This document shows, piece by piece, positions 1-8,659 of a stretch of DNA of 64,000 nt. Within the stretch, counting starts at the first letter, position 1. Each line of letters begins with the position of its first letter. Origin of the DNA: an uncultured Gammaproteobacteria bacterium (GTDB lineage: Bacteria > Actinomycetota > Acidimicrobiia > Spongiisociales > SHLN01); assembly GCA_964195905.1 (NCBI GenBank), contig CAXMQV010000005.1:10326-74325 (forward strand). The letters run 5' to 3'. A program made the translations under genes and the position numbers. A model generated the notes under the pieces. It saw only the letters and a list, made by a program, of their open reading frames with translations, was not told where the DNA came from and did no database searches.

Positions 1-2
1 TC

Positions 3-911
3 ATCGAACCGCTCGAGCCAGGTTTCGGCTACACCATGGGCAATACGCTCCGTCGTACGCTGCTGGCCCGCATTCCGGGAGCGGCCATCACATCGGTTCG
101 CATCGAAGGTGTGCTCCACGAATTCACCACCGTTGAAGGCGTCAAAGAGGACGTCGTTGACATCATCCTGAACCTCAAGCAGATCGTCCTGCGCATGGAG
201 GACGGCGATGGTCAGACGCTCTTCCTGTCGGCGAAGGGTGCCGGGCCGGTCAAGGCCAGGCAGTTCAAGCTCCCGGCCGGGGTCGAGATCGTCAACCCCG
301 ACCTCGTCATTGCGACGCTGTCCACTTCAGGAAGCATCGACATGGAGGTAACGGTCGAGCGGGGCGTCGGCTATCGCACGGCCGAGAAGAACAAGAAGAG
401 TGACACCATCGGCGTCATTCCCATCGACTCGATCTTCTCGCCGGTACGCAAGGTCGCCTATGAGGTTGGCGCCACCCAGGTCGGCCAAATGACCAACTTC
501 GACAAGCTGATCGTTGACGTCGAGACCGACGGGTCGCTCACACCGTCCGAGGCCATTTCCTCGGCCGGCAAGACCCTTCGCGAACTGCTCGGCCTATTCG
601 CCGACGTGGGCGAGGGCGAGGGCATTGGCCTCGAGTTGGGCGACGTCATGGAGGCCGAATCCGGCTCACCGGATCTCGACCTGCCGATTGAGGCGCTCGA
701 CCTGTCCGAACGCCCCCGCAACTGCTTGCGCCGGGCTCAGGTCAAGACGGTCGGCGAATTGGTGATGCGCACCGAGGACGACCTCCTCAACATCACGAAC
801 TTCGGCCAGAAGAGCCTCGAAGAGGTGGCGGCCAAGCTCGACGAACTCGGACTCTCGCTGCGGCAGTCCCGCGACGAAGAGCCCGGCCAGGCGCTGGAGG
901 CAGGTCTCTAG
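3..911 (+). CDS. rpoA: DNA-directed RNA polymerase alpha subunit, 5' end cut by window edge
   Basis: Frame is open from base 3 ([21 protein letters not shown]...). C-terminal domain motif [19 protein letters not shown]...[10 protein letters not shown]. Followed by rplQ as in the conserved operon. Confidence 0.95.
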   Translation: MEPLEPGFGYTMGNTLRRTLLARIPGAAITSVRIEGVLHEFTTVEGVKEDVVDIILNLKQIVLRMEDGDGQTLFLSAKGAGPVKARQFKLPAGVEIVNPDLVIATLSTSGSIDMEVTVERGVGYRTAEKNKKSDTIGVIPIDSIFSPVRKVAYEVGATQVGQMTNFDKLIVDVETDGSLTPSEAISSAGKTLRELLGLFADVGEGEGIGLELGDVMEAESGSPDLDLPIEALDLSERPRNCLRRAQVKTVGELVMRTEDDLLNITNFGQKSLEEVAAKLDELGLSLRQSRDEEPGQALEAGL

Positions 912-913
912 CC

Positions 914-1267
914 ATGCCACGGCCCAAGAAGGGACCCCGCCTCGGCAAGAGCCCGTCCCACCACAAGCACATGATCTCGAACCTGGCAGCGTCGCTGTTC
1001 TGGGAAGGGCGCATTGAGACCACACTCACCAGGGCCAAAGTGCTCAGGCCCTACGCCGAGAAGCTCATCACTAAGGCCCGTCACGGCACTCTCCACGATC
1101 GGCGCATCATTCTCCGCCACATCGAGGACACCGAAGTGGTCACCAAGCTGTTCGACGAGGTTGCCCCTCGCTACACCGAGCGCCCGGGCGGCTACACCCG
1201 CATTATGAAACTCGGCCCCCGCCGCGGCGACGGGGCTGAGATGGCGATTATTGAACTTGTGGAGTAG
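914..1267 (+). CDS. rplQ: 50S ribosomal protein L17
   Basis: [25 protein letters not shown]...[25 protein letters not shown] is typical L17. Starts 3 nt after the rpoA stop. Confidence 0.95.
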   Translation: MPRPKKGPRLGKSPSHHKHMISNLAASLFWEGRIETTLTRAKVLRPYAEKLITKARHGTLHDRRIILRHIEDTEVVTKLFDEVAPRYTERPGGYTRIMKLGPRRGDGAEMAIIELVE

Positions 1268-1279
1268 CGCTTCGCGCTA
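1265..1279 (+). terminator. Hairpin tagcgc-TTC-gcgcta that includes the rplQ TAG stop codon
   Basis: 6-bp perfect stem with a TTC loop, folded by hand. No U tract follows. Confidence 0.4.
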
Positions 1280-1290
1280 GTCCACAAGTT

Positions 1291-1482
1291 GTCACCAGTC
1301 GCCGGTCACCTGTCACCGGCCCTTCCCGGCTGCCCTTCGGGCAGCTTTCCTCTCTCGCTCCGCTTCGCTACACGAATCGCCTCCCGCGCCATCACCACAG
1401 GCCATTGGCGGGCACCCTCACTCGCTTGAAGGTGGACGCTCCTTTTCTTGAGGCCGGTGACCGGGGACAGGTGACAGGTGAC
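1291..1482. repeat. Inverted pair of heptamer arrays flanking a 136-nt spacer
   Basis: Left array 1291-1318 is GTCACCA GTCGCCG GTCACCT GTCACCG. Right array 1455-1482 is CGGTGAC CGGGGAC AGGTGAC AGGTGAC, its imperfect reverse complement. The spacer contains the hairpin gctgccc-TTC-gggcagc (1329-1345). Confidence 0.85.
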
Positions 1483-1572
1483 CGCTCAACGGCGGAGCCG
1501 TTGAGCTCCGACTAGCGGTCCCTAACCGCGAAAACTAGTCTTGAACCCGCTAACCCACGGAAGAAGGAACCC

Positions 1573-2052
1573 ATGCTGCAACGGATGATTCGCGCTGCCA
1601 AGCTCGATGTCGAGCTCTACGAGACCGTTGAGCACGATCGGGGCTACACCGGTGAAGCTTTCACCATCGTCGTCCTGACGGCTCTCCTGTCGGGTATCGG
1701 CCTATGGCTCCTGCCGGAGACCAAGTTCTGGGGCAGTGTGGTTGGCGGGCTCATCACCGCAATCATCGGCTGGGTCATCTGGGCCATCATCTCGAACATC
1801 ATCGGCAAGCAACTCGGCGGTACATCGGACACCGGCGAGATGCTCAGGGTGCTCGGCTACGCCTCCAGCCCAATGGCGCTCGGCATCGTGCCGGGGATCG
1901 GCCACGTGGTCGGGGGAGTGTGGGCCCTGGTAGCGGCCGTCGTGGCGATACGGCAGGGCCAGGACTTCACGACCGGCAAAGCCGTCGGCACTGTCGTGAT
2001 CGGTTGGATCGTCTACGTCGTCGGTCGCGGCATACTGGGCTGGATCTTCTAG
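1573..2052 (+). CDS. Yip1-family integral membrane protein
   Basis: 159 aa with 4-5 hydrophobic helices after an N-terminal LDVELYETVEHD segment typical of Yip1-domain proteins. SD-like gaaggaa sits upstream of the ATG. Confidence 0.6.
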   Translation: MLQRMIRAAKLDVELYETVEHDRGYTGEAFTIVVLTALLSGIGLWLLPETKFWGSVVGGLITAIIGWVIWAIISNIIGKQLGGTSDTGEMLRVLGYASSPMALGIVPGIGHVVGGVWALVAAVVAIRQGQDFTTGKAVGTVVIGWIVYVVGRGILGWIF

Positions 2053-2060
2053 GAGTCTGA

Positions 2061-2588
2061 TTGGAAACCCAGCGCCTCTGGCAGGCCCTTCAGCTAAAAC
2101 GCGACGCCTACGTCTGGATGCAGTTCAACCAGGCTGCCAACGGTGACGCCGTCGTCATCGTGGCCGCGGTCTACGCCGTCTGGATCCTGTTTGCGGTCGT
2201 GTTCAGCCTCGGGGGTCTGCCGTTCCTCGCCAAAGGCGACTTCGCCGTCTCCGGATTCATCTCGCTGTTCATCAGCGGTGGGTTCGGCTGGATCCTCGGT
2301 TCGGGGGCGGTGTATGCCATCAACACGTTTATCTTCGAATCCCGGGTCAATTTCGGGGCCATCGTTCCGATCACGGGTTATGCGCACGCCCCGCTCGTCC
2401 TGGTGCCGGTCATTTCGCGGCTGGGCTTGCCGGTCGGTGCAGCCCTCATCTTCGTTGGTATCTGGTCGGCGGCGATGATGGTGACCGGGTTCCAATCCAA
2501 CCTCGACATGACACAGGAGCGAGCCATCGGTGCCGCGCTGACCGCCATGTTCGTGTGGCTCTTGCTGGTCGGCATCCCCGGCTTTTGA
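2061..2588 (+). CDS. Yip1-like integral membrane protein, paralogue-like neighbour
   Basis: 175 aa with a TTG start, the same architecture as the upstream gene, and high GC3. Confidence 0.5.
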   Translation: METQRLWQALQLKRDAYVWMQFNQAANGDAVVIVAAVYAVWILFAVVFSLGGLPFLAKGDFAVSGFISLFISGGFGWILGSGAVYAINTFIFESRVNFGAIVPITGYAHAPLVLVPVISRLGLPVGAALIFVGIWSAAMMVTGFQSNLDMTQERAIGAALTAMFVWLLLVGIPGF

Positions 2589-3316
2589 TCAACTACCGGC
2601 TCGACTTCTCCTACGACGGGAGCGGGTTCTCCGGATACGCAACGCAACCAGAACTCCGGACGGTGCAGGGTGATCTCCAGGGCGCGCTCGGCAAGGTGCT
2701 CGGCGACGTTCGGACCCATGTAGCAGGCCGGACCGACGCGGGCGTTCATGCTCATCATCAGGTCGTCAACGTCGAGGCCGAGCGGGAGATCCCGGTGGAG
2801 AGGCTCCACCGGTCCCTCAACCGAATGCTCGGTCCCGAGATGGCCTTCCAATCGGTGACTATCGCCGACCCGGGTTTCCATGCCCGTTATCACGCCACCC
2901 GCCGCACGTATCGCTACTTCGTGCTCAATCGGCGCTGGCCGGATCCGTTCCGGGCCCGTACCAGCTGGCATTGTCGATATCCCCTCGATCTCGATCGCCT
3001 CAACGCCGTCGCCGGTCATCTCGTCGGAGAGCACGAGTTCGCATCGATGTGCCGCAAGCGGGAAGGCAAGAGCAGCCGCCGCACCGTGGTGGCCGCCGGG
3101 TGGCGAACCGCCCCCGACGACATCGTGATGTTCGAGATCTCCGCCGATTCGTTCTGTCATCAAATGGTGCGCTCGATCGTGGCGCTCTCGGTCGAGATCG
3201 GCCGCGGCAACGGTGAACCGGACCGCGTGCCGGAGATCCTGGCGGGGGAGGACCGCAACGCCGCCCGGGGCGCCGCCCCCTCCCACGGCCTGTTCCTGTG
3301 GCGGGTCGATTACTAG
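2585..3316 (+). CDS. truA: tRNA pseudouridine(38-40) synthase
   Basis: YRLDFSYDGSGFSGYATQP...GRTDAGVHA motif. The ORF is open from GTG 2555, but TTG 2585 overlapping the upstream TGA (TTGA) gives a canonical N-terminus. Confidence 0.9.
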   Translation: MINYRLDFSYDGSGFSGYATQPELRTVQGDLQGALGKVLGDVRTHVAGRTDAGVHAHHQVVNVEAEREIPVERLHRSLNRMLGPEMAFQSVTIADPGFHARYHATRRTYRYFVLNRRWPDPFRARTSWHCRYPLDLDRLNAVAGHLVGEHEFASMCRKREGKSSRRTVVAAGWRTAPDDIVMFEISADSFCHQMVRSIVALSVEIGRGNGEPDRVPEILAGEDRNAARGAAPSHGLFLWRVDY

Positions 3317-3319
3317 AGA

Positions 3320-3472
3320 GTCCCAAGTCCCAAGTCGCACGTCCCAAGCCGGAACGAGCAATCCTCGTTGGGTCTTGGGTCTTGGGTCTTGGGTCTTGGG
3401 TCTTGGGTCTTGGGTCTTGGGTCTTGGGTCTTGGGTCTTGGGTCTTGGGTCTTGGGTCTTGGGTCTTGGGTC
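3320..3472. repeat. Heptamer arrays: 4 x GTCCCAA-type (3320-3347), 20-nt spacer, 15 x TTGGGTC (3368-3472)
   Basis: Counted directly: perfect 7-nt period from 3368 to 3472 (105 nt). The left arm is GTCCCAA GTCCCAA GTCGCAC GTCCCAA and starts 4 nt after the truA stop. Confidence 0.95.
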
Positions 3473-3553
3473 TGGAGAGATCCACATTGCACACCCCGTG
3501 GATCCCGCTATCATTCACCCGTTCCCGCAACCTCTCTGGGGAGTTTTCACCGC

Positions 3554-4015
3554 GTGAAACAACAGAAGACCTATACCCCGCGTCCCGCCGACATCGAGCG
3601 CGTCTGGTGGACCGTCGACGCCACCGACCTGCCGCTCGGGCGGCTCTCCTCGGAAATCGCCCGCATCCTGCGGGGAAAGCACAAGCCGCTCTATACCCCG
3701 CACCTCGATCTGGGCGACCACGTCATCGTCATCAACGCGGACAAGGTGGCAGTGACCTCCAAGAAATCCGAGCAGAAGATCTACTACCGCCACAGTGGCT
3801 TTCCCGGTGGCATCAAGGCCGAATCGTTCGAGCGTCTGCTCGATCGGCGGCCCGAGGTGATCATTGAACGGGCGGTACGCGGCATGCTCCCGAAGAATCG
3901 GCTTGGCAGAGCAATGTTCCGCAAGCTGAAGGTGTATGCCGGACCCGAGCACGGCCACTCCTCACAAAAGCCCCAGCCGCTCGAATTCAAGATTGCGAAA
4001 GTGGAGTCCAAGTAA
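3554..4015 (+). CDS. rplM: 50S ribosomal protein L13
   Basis: The GTG 3554 start gives [23 protein letters not shown]...[10 protein letters not shown]. The longer ORF from 3368 is only translation of the repeat array. Confidence 0.93.
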   Translation: MKQQKTYTPRPADIERVWWTVDATDLPLGRLSSEIARILRGKHKPLYTPHLDLGDHVIVINADKVAVTSKKSEQKIYYRHSGFPGGIKAESFERLLDRRPEVIIERAVRGMLPKNRLGRAMFRKLKVYAGPEHGHSSQKPQPLEFKIAKVESK

Positions 4016-4407
4016 TGGCCGAGCTTCTTGCCAGGGCGACGGGTCGCCGCAAGCGTTCCCGCGCACAAGTGCGCATCATGGAGGGCGAGCCCGGGTTCAA
4101 CCTCAACGGCAAGCCTCTCGAGGAGTACTTCCCGACCATGGCCATGCGGGTGCGTGTGCTCGAGCCGCTCCGGGCGGTGGAGATGGAAGGCCGCTTCGAG
4201 ATCCTCGCAAAACTCGATGGCGGGGGAACCACCGGCCAGATCGACGCCCTCCGACTCGGGATCGCCCGGGCCCTCGAAATCATCGATCCCGAGCTTCGGG
4301 GCGTTCTCAAAAAGGGCGGCTTCCTGACTCGCGACCCACGGCGGGTCGAGCCTAAGAAGTACGGCTTGCGCAAGGCCCGGCGCGCACCTCAGTACACCAA
4401 ACGCTAA
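4015..4407 (+). CDS. rpsI: 30S ribosomal protein S9
   Basis: Ends ...GLRKARRAPQYTKR. TAATG overlap with rplM. Confidence 0.95.
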   Translation: MAELLARATGRRKRSRAQVRIMEGEPGFNLNGKPLEEYFPTMAMRVRVLEPLRAVEMEGRFEILAKLDGGGTTGQIDALRLGIARALEIIDPELRGVLKKGGFLTRDPRRVEPKKYGLRKARRAPQYTKR

Positions 4408-5733
4408 GTGCTCAAAGACGGCGAGCGGCTGTTCGGCACCGACGGCGTTCGGGGCAAGGCAAACGAAGAGCTCACGGTTGATTTCGCCATGGACCTGGCG
4501 CGGGCGGCGGCCGACGATATTTCGGGGCCGATCGTCATCGGCCGTGACACCCGGCGCTCCGGGGAGATGCTCAGCCTGGCCATGCAAGCGGGATTCCACT
4601 CGGTTGGGATCGATACCGAAGACGTGGGCGTCATCCCCACCGCCGCCATCGCCCATCTCACCGATCTCGCCGATGCCTCGCTCGGCGTCGTGGTTTCCGC
4701 CTCGCACAACCCGGCACCCGACAACGGCATCAAGTTCTTCGGCGGTGATGGGGGCAAGCTCTCCGACGCGCTCGAGGACAGGATCGAAGCTCGATTGCGC
4801 CGGGGTGCCCCGTGGCGCACACCGCGAGCCGGCGTCGGCATTCGATTCCCCCGCCCGAACGGGATCGACGAGTATCTCAACTGGTTGAAGAGCGACATCG
4901 CGTACACGCTGCGCGGCCTTGACGTCGTCATCGATGGGGCCAACGGGGCCGCCTTCCTGGCTGCACCCCGCCTCTTTGATGAGCTCGGGCTCAACGTTCG
5001 CTCGGTTGCCTGTGAACCCGACGGCTTGAATATCAACGACGGTTGCGGCGCCACTCATCCCGAGTTCCTGGCCTCCCAGATAGACGGTGAGATCGGGCTC
5101 GTCTTCGACGGCGATGCCGATCGGTTCCTGGCCATCGACGAAGCCGGCGTCCCTCTCAACGGCGACGTCATCATGGCCATCATCGCCCGTCACCTTCACG
5201 AGCAGGGCAAGCTCAAGAACGACACCGTCGTCGTCACGGTCATGACCAACCTGGGGTTTCGCCGGGCCATGGCCGACCTGGACATTCGCGTTATTGAGAC
5301 TGCCGTCGGAGATCGGCACGTGCTCGAGGCTATGCGGCAGCACAAAGCCATTCTCGGTGGCGAGCAGTCCGGGCACGTCATCTTCCTCGACCACATTTCG
5401 ACCGGAGACGGGCTGCTCACCGCCCTTCGACTGCTCGAGGTCGTTGCCGCCACCGGCCGGCCACTCACAGAGCTCCGGACCGTCATGACCAACTACCCCC
5501 AGGTGCTTCGCAATGTTCGGGTCGCCGACCGGGCCGGTCTCGAAAGCGCCGAGGCGGTGTGGGAGGCGGTCCGCCACACCGAAGAACTGCTCGGCGGGGG
5601 CGGCCGTGTTCTCATCAGGCCATCGGGTACCGAGCCTCTCGTGCGCGTCATGGTCGAAGCCGCCACCAAGACCGAAGCAGCCACCATCGCCGACGACCTT
5701 GCGAGAGTGGTTCGAGAGGCCCTCGGCGAGTAG
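4408..5733 (+). CDS. glmM: Phosphoglucosamine mutase
   Basis: LFGTDGVRGKAN and the active-site SASHNPAPDNGIKFF. GTG start directly after the rpsI stop. Confidence 0.93.
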   Translation: MLKDGERLFGTDGVRGKANEELTVDFAMDLARAAADDISGPIVIGRDTRRSGEMLSLAMQAGFHSVGIDTEDVGVIPTAAIAHLTDLADASLGVVVSASHNPAPDNGIKFFGGDGGKLSDALEDRIEARLRRGAPWRTPRAGVGIRFPRPNGIDEYLNWLKSDIAYTLRGLDVVIDGANGAAFLAAPRLFDELGLNVRSVACEPDGLNINDGCGATHPEFLASQIDGEIGLVFDGDADRFLAIDEAGVPLNGDVIMAIIARHLHEQGKLKNDTVVVTVMTNLGFRRAMADLDIRVIETAVGDRHVLEAMRQHKAILGGEQSGHVIFLDHISTGDGLLTALRLLEVVAATGRPLTELRTVMTNYPQVLRNVRVADRAGLESAEAVWEAVRHTEELLGGGGRVLIRPSGTEPLVRVMVEAATKTEAATIADDLARVVREALGE

Positions 5734-5736
5734 TCA

Positions 5737-5824
5737 GTCCCCGGTCCCCGGCGAGCCAACCGCCCACCGCCCACCGTCGACCGTCGACGTTCATCTCGCC
5801 AAGCGGTTGGCGGTTGGCGGTTTG
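5737..5824. repeat. Heptamer-phased element after glmM
   Basis: GTCCCCG x2, GCGAGCC, AACCGCC, CACCGCC, CACCGTC, GACCGTC (5737-5789), then the near-complementary GCGGTTG GCGGTTG GCGGTTT (5803-5823). The gcgagcc..aaccgcc caccg core recurs after trpS (24074-24101). Confidence 0.85.
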
Positions 5825-5879
5825 CCATCAGCCGAAGGCTGATTCAGTGATACGCTGTTTTCGTTGGTGCCGGAGATAC

Positions 5880-6020
5880 GGAAACAGCGCCCGACCTCGC
5901 TTTGCGAGGCGACGAGGAAGAGGGTCATCGAAATGTTCGGCGGATGCCCTCTCGGCCGCTCACGGTCGTAACCGACGGGAAGAAACCCCGGGAGCAATCC
6001 CGGTAACAGAGACCCGGCGG
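5880..6020 (+). ncRNA. glmS ribozyme: glmS glucosamine-6-phosphate-activated ribozyme
   Basis: Core reads A/GCGCC-CGACCUCGC-UUUG-CGAGG-CGACGAGGAAGAGGGUCAUCGAAAUGUUCGGCGGAUGCCCUCUCGGCC, matching the conserved AGCGCC...GACGAGGA...AUCGAA...UUCGGCGGAUGCC...CCCGG segments. A distal CCGGGA-GCAA-UCCCGG helix follows. It lies about 100 nt upstream of the glmS ATG. Confidence 0.8.
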
Positions 6021-6121
6021 ATGTGAGCCCACCTGGTGGGACCGAAGCCCCCTTGTGGGCCGAAGCCACCTGTGGCCGCGCACACCGCGCACACTCCGGC
6101 ACCTGAGAAAAGGAGCTAGAC

Positions 6122-7957
6122 ATGTGCGGAATCATGGGGTACGTCGGACCCCGTCCTGCCAGTCCGATCATTCTTCAGGGCCTCAAGCGGCTCGAATACC
6201 GGGGGTACGACTCGGCCGGAGTGGCCGTGGCCAACAACGGAGCGATCGAGGTCCGGAAGGCAGCAGGCAAGCTCGACCGACTTGCCGACATGCTCGAGAT
6301 CTCGGCGCCGGAAGGTCGACTCGGAATTGGGCACACGCGGTGGGCAACGCACGGTCCGCCGACCGATGTCAACGCCCATCCCCATGCCGATACCGACCAG
6401 GCCTTCGCCATCGTCCACAACGGCATTATCGAGAACTATTACGAGCTCAAAGAGGAATTGGTGGCTGCGGGCCGGGTCTTTGAGTCCGAGACCGACACTG
6501 AGGTGCTTGTGCACCTCATCGCCGATGAATACGACGGCGACCTCGCCGCGGCCGTCAGGCGGGCCGTCGGACGCGCCACCGGGGCCTATGCCCTTGTGGC
6601 GATGACCGCCCATGAGCCCGACACGTTGGTGGCGGTCCGCATGATCAGTCCGCTCGTCATCGGATTCGGAGACGGAGAGACGTTCCTTGCCTCAGGCATT
6701 CCCGCCTTGCTCGATCACACCCGTGAGGTCCTCGTCATGGAGGACGGCGAGATGGCCACCATCACGTTCTCCGGGGTGACGATGGAGAAGCTGGATGGCA
6801 CGCCGGTGCAACGAGAGCGCATGGAAGTGGATTGGGATGTCGAGCAGGCCGAGAAGGGTGGCTATCCGCACTTCATGCTCAAGGAGATATTTGAACAGCC
6901 GCGGGTGATTGCCGACTCCCTGCTGGGACGCCTGACCGGCACCAGGGTGACGCTTGAAGATGTCGGTTGGGATCCCGGATTCGAGGAGTCCCTGGAGAAG
7001 ATCTGGATCACTGCCTGTGGAACGGCGTTCCACGCCGGACTGGCCGGCAAGGAGCTGTTCGAGGGCATGCTGCGGGTTCCCACCGAGGCGGTCTACGCCC
7101 ACGAGCTGCGGTATCGGGACCCCATCGTCGGGCCCAATTCAATGACGCTGGCCATCAGCCAATCGGGGGAGACGGCCGACACGCTGGCAGGTGCCCGGCT
7201 CTTGCAGGAGCGCGGCTCGCGGCTGGTGGCGATCACGAATGTGGTCGGCTCGGCCCTCACCCACTACTCGGACGATGTGGTGTACACGAGGGCAGGCTTG
7301 GAGATCTCGGTCGCCTCGACCAAGGCCTACACCGCCATGCTCATCGCCCAGTATCTGCTGGCGTTGCGGCTCGGGCAGTCGCGAGGGATTCTCGATGAAG
7401 CGATGGCCCGGGACGTCGCGGCGGCCCTCGAAGCGCTGCCCGCCCAGGTGGAATCGCTCCTCTCGAGAGAGGAGGGCATCGACGAGATGGCCCGCTTCCT
7501 GGCCGGCCAACTGGCTCACAAGGACGACATCTACTTCATCGGGCGCGGCCTCGACTACGCGGTCGCCACCGAAGGATCGCTCAAACTCAAGGAAATCAGC
7601 TATCTGCACTCCGAGGCGATGCCGGCCGGGGAGTTGAAGCACGGGACGCTGGCTCTCATCACCGAAGGCACGCCGGTCATCGTGGTCAATACCCAGGCGC
7701 ATGTGTATGACAAGACGGTCTCAGCGCTTCAGGAGGTCAAGGCCCGCGGCGCCAGCGTGATTGCCGTCGCCTACGACGACGACACCGAGATCGAGCACTA
7801 CACGGACCACGTGCTGCGGATTCCCCGCACCATGGATCTGCTGAGCCCGGCGCTCTCGATTGTTCCACTTCAGCTCCTCGCCTATCACGTGGCCGACGCC
7901 CGCGGCCTCGATATCGACCAGCCGAGAAACCTGGCCAAGAGCGTCACCGTCGAGTAG
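6122..7957 (+). CDS. glmS: Glutamine--fructose-6-phosphate aminotransferase
   Basis: MCGIMGYVG N-terminal nucleophile Cys, two SIS domains, and a ...KSVTVE C-terminus. SD aaaaggag upstream. Confidence 0.96.
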   Translation: MCGIMGYVGPRPASPIILQGLKRLEYRGYDSAGVAVANNGAIEVRKAAGKLDRLADMLEISAPEGRLGIGHTRWATHGPPTDVNAHPHADTDQAFAIVHNGIIENYYELKEELVAAGRVFESETDTEVLVHLIADEYDGDLAAAVRRAVGRATGAYALVAMTAHEPDTLVAVRMISPLVIGFGDGETFLASGIPALLDHTREVLVMEDGEMATITFSGVTMEKLDGTPVQRERMEVDWDVEQAEKGGYPHFMLKEIFEQPRVIADSLLGRLTGTRVTLEDVGWDPGFEESLEKIWITACGTAFHAGLAGKELFEGMLRVPTEAVYAHELRYRDPIVGPNSMTLAISQSGETADTLAGARLLQERGSRLVAITNVVGSALTHYSDDVVYTRAGLEISVASTKAYTAMLIAQYLLALRLGQSRGILDEAMARDVAAALEALPAQVESLLSREEGIDEMARFLAGQLAHKDDIYFIGRGLDYAVATEGSLKLKEISYLHSEAMPAGELKHGTLALITEGTPVIVVNTQAHVYDKTVSALQEVKARGASVIAVAYDDDTEIEHYTDHVLRIPRTMDLLSPALSIVPLQLLAYHVADARGLDIDQPRNLAKSVTVE

Positions 7958-7970
7958 CGGCGTCCCCGCG

Positions 7971-7991
7971 GCTACCAGCTACCAGTCGCCA
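7971..7991. repeat. Heptamer array GCTACCA GCTACCA GTCGCCA after glmS
   Basis: Read directly, 14 nt after the glmS stop. Its reverse complement shares ctggtagc/aactgg words with the element at 42601-42628. Confidence 0.7.
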
Positions 7992-8107
7992 GTTTTCTCA
8001 GGGTCGGCGGAGGCTTCGGAGAGGCTTGCACCTTGGAGGGCTAGCCGCCCTCTGGAGTATCCCCAAGATGAAGCTTTCGTGAAAGGTGCTCTCGGTCTCT
8101 GACGGAC

Positions 8108-8162
8108 GCCAACCGCCAACCGCGATCTGAGTTCGGTGGGCGGTGCGCGGTGGGCGGTGCGC
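8108..8162. repeat. Heptamer inverted pair GCCAACC x2 / CGGTGGG-CGGTGCG x2
   Basis: Left arm 8108-8124, right arm 8134-8162. Hand folding gives one A.G mismatch per heptamer. Confidence 0.8.
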
Positions 8163-8180
8163 TCCGATAGGCTCGCCGTC

Positions 8181-8552
8181 ATGAACATCGTTGGCATCGG
8201 GATTGATTTGGCCGAGATCGAACGGGTCGAGAAGCTCTACGGCAAGTATCCGGATCAGTTCCTGGCCCGGTGCTTCACCGAGCACGAGCAGGCCTACGCC
8301 GCCCGGTTTGCCAATCCTGCCCGGCGCCTGGCGGCCCGCTTCGCCGGCAAAGAAGCAGTCATGAAGAGCCTCGGCCGGGGTTGGCGCCAGTTGCGCTGGA
8401 AGGACATCGAGATCACCGGCGGCGGCAAGCCAACGGTTCGCCTGTTCGGTACGGCACTGGAGCGGGCCTCCCAGCTCGGCGTCACCGAGGTCCACGTGTC
8501 GATCACCCATACCGATGTGACCGCGATGGTGCTGGCGATTTCCGTCAGTTGA
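8181..8552 (+). CDS. acpS: Holo-[acyl-carrier-protein] synthase
   Basis: MNIVGIGIDLAEIERV...FAGKEAVMKSLG is typical AcpS. ATG 8181 preferred over the upstream in-frame extension from 8136. Confidence 0.88.
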   Translation: MNIVGIGIDLAEIERVEKLYGKYPDQFLARCFTEHEQAYAARFANPARRLAARFAGKEAVMKSLGRGWRQLRWKDIEITGGGKPTVRLFGTALERASQLGVTEVHVSITHTDVTAMVLAISVS

Positions 8553-8554
8553 GA

Positions 8555-8617
8555 GTTCACAGTTCACAGTTCACAGTTCACAGTCAGAGGGGTATCGACT
8601 GTTGACTGTTGACTGCT
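8555..8617. repeat. Heptamer arrays GTTCACA x4 then GACTGTT x2-3
   Basis: Starts 3 nt after the acpS stop. The cagtc/gactg core pairs across an 11-nt loop, and the outer repeats pair with one mismatch plus one G.U per heptamer. Confidence 0.85.
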
Positions 8618-8659
8618 TGATTGCCGGATGCCCATTCTCGGCACCGGTACTCTTGACCT

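Noticed and set aside
1291-1482. MITE or mobile element, given the inverted terminal arrays around a 136-nt core.
   Set aside because: No target-site duplication flanks the arrays (caagtt versus cgctca). No transposase is present anywhere in the window, and the arms are the same heptamer vocabulary used at many gene ends. Kept as a repeat, not called mobile.
3368-3472. Possible CRISPR array, given the regular short repeats.
   Set aside because: The units are 7 nt and contiguous with no spacers, and no cas genes are in the window.
2378-3557. ORFs translating the heptamer array into PKTQDPR repeats (minus strand) or WVLGLGS repeats (plus strand, including the 5' extension of rplM from 3368).
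   Set aside because: The repeat peptides are a by-product of a 7-nt DNA period read in all frames. The minus ORF runs antisense through truA, and L13 has a proper GTG start at 3554.
3784-5577. 597-aa minus-strand ORF antisense to rplM/rpsI/glmM. Similar long antisense ORFs: 15490-17427(-), 31450-33060(-), 39858-41687(+), 47072-48922(+), 51535-53175(-), 53953-55707(+), 35991-37484(+) and 56092-57150(+).
   Set aside because: Each lies opposite a gene with unmistakable family motifs (GlmM, GroEL, PcrA, DUF3048 protein, and so on). Their translations are Arg/Gly/Pro-rich low-complexity strings with no motifs. Long shadow ORFs are expected in GC-rich DNA.
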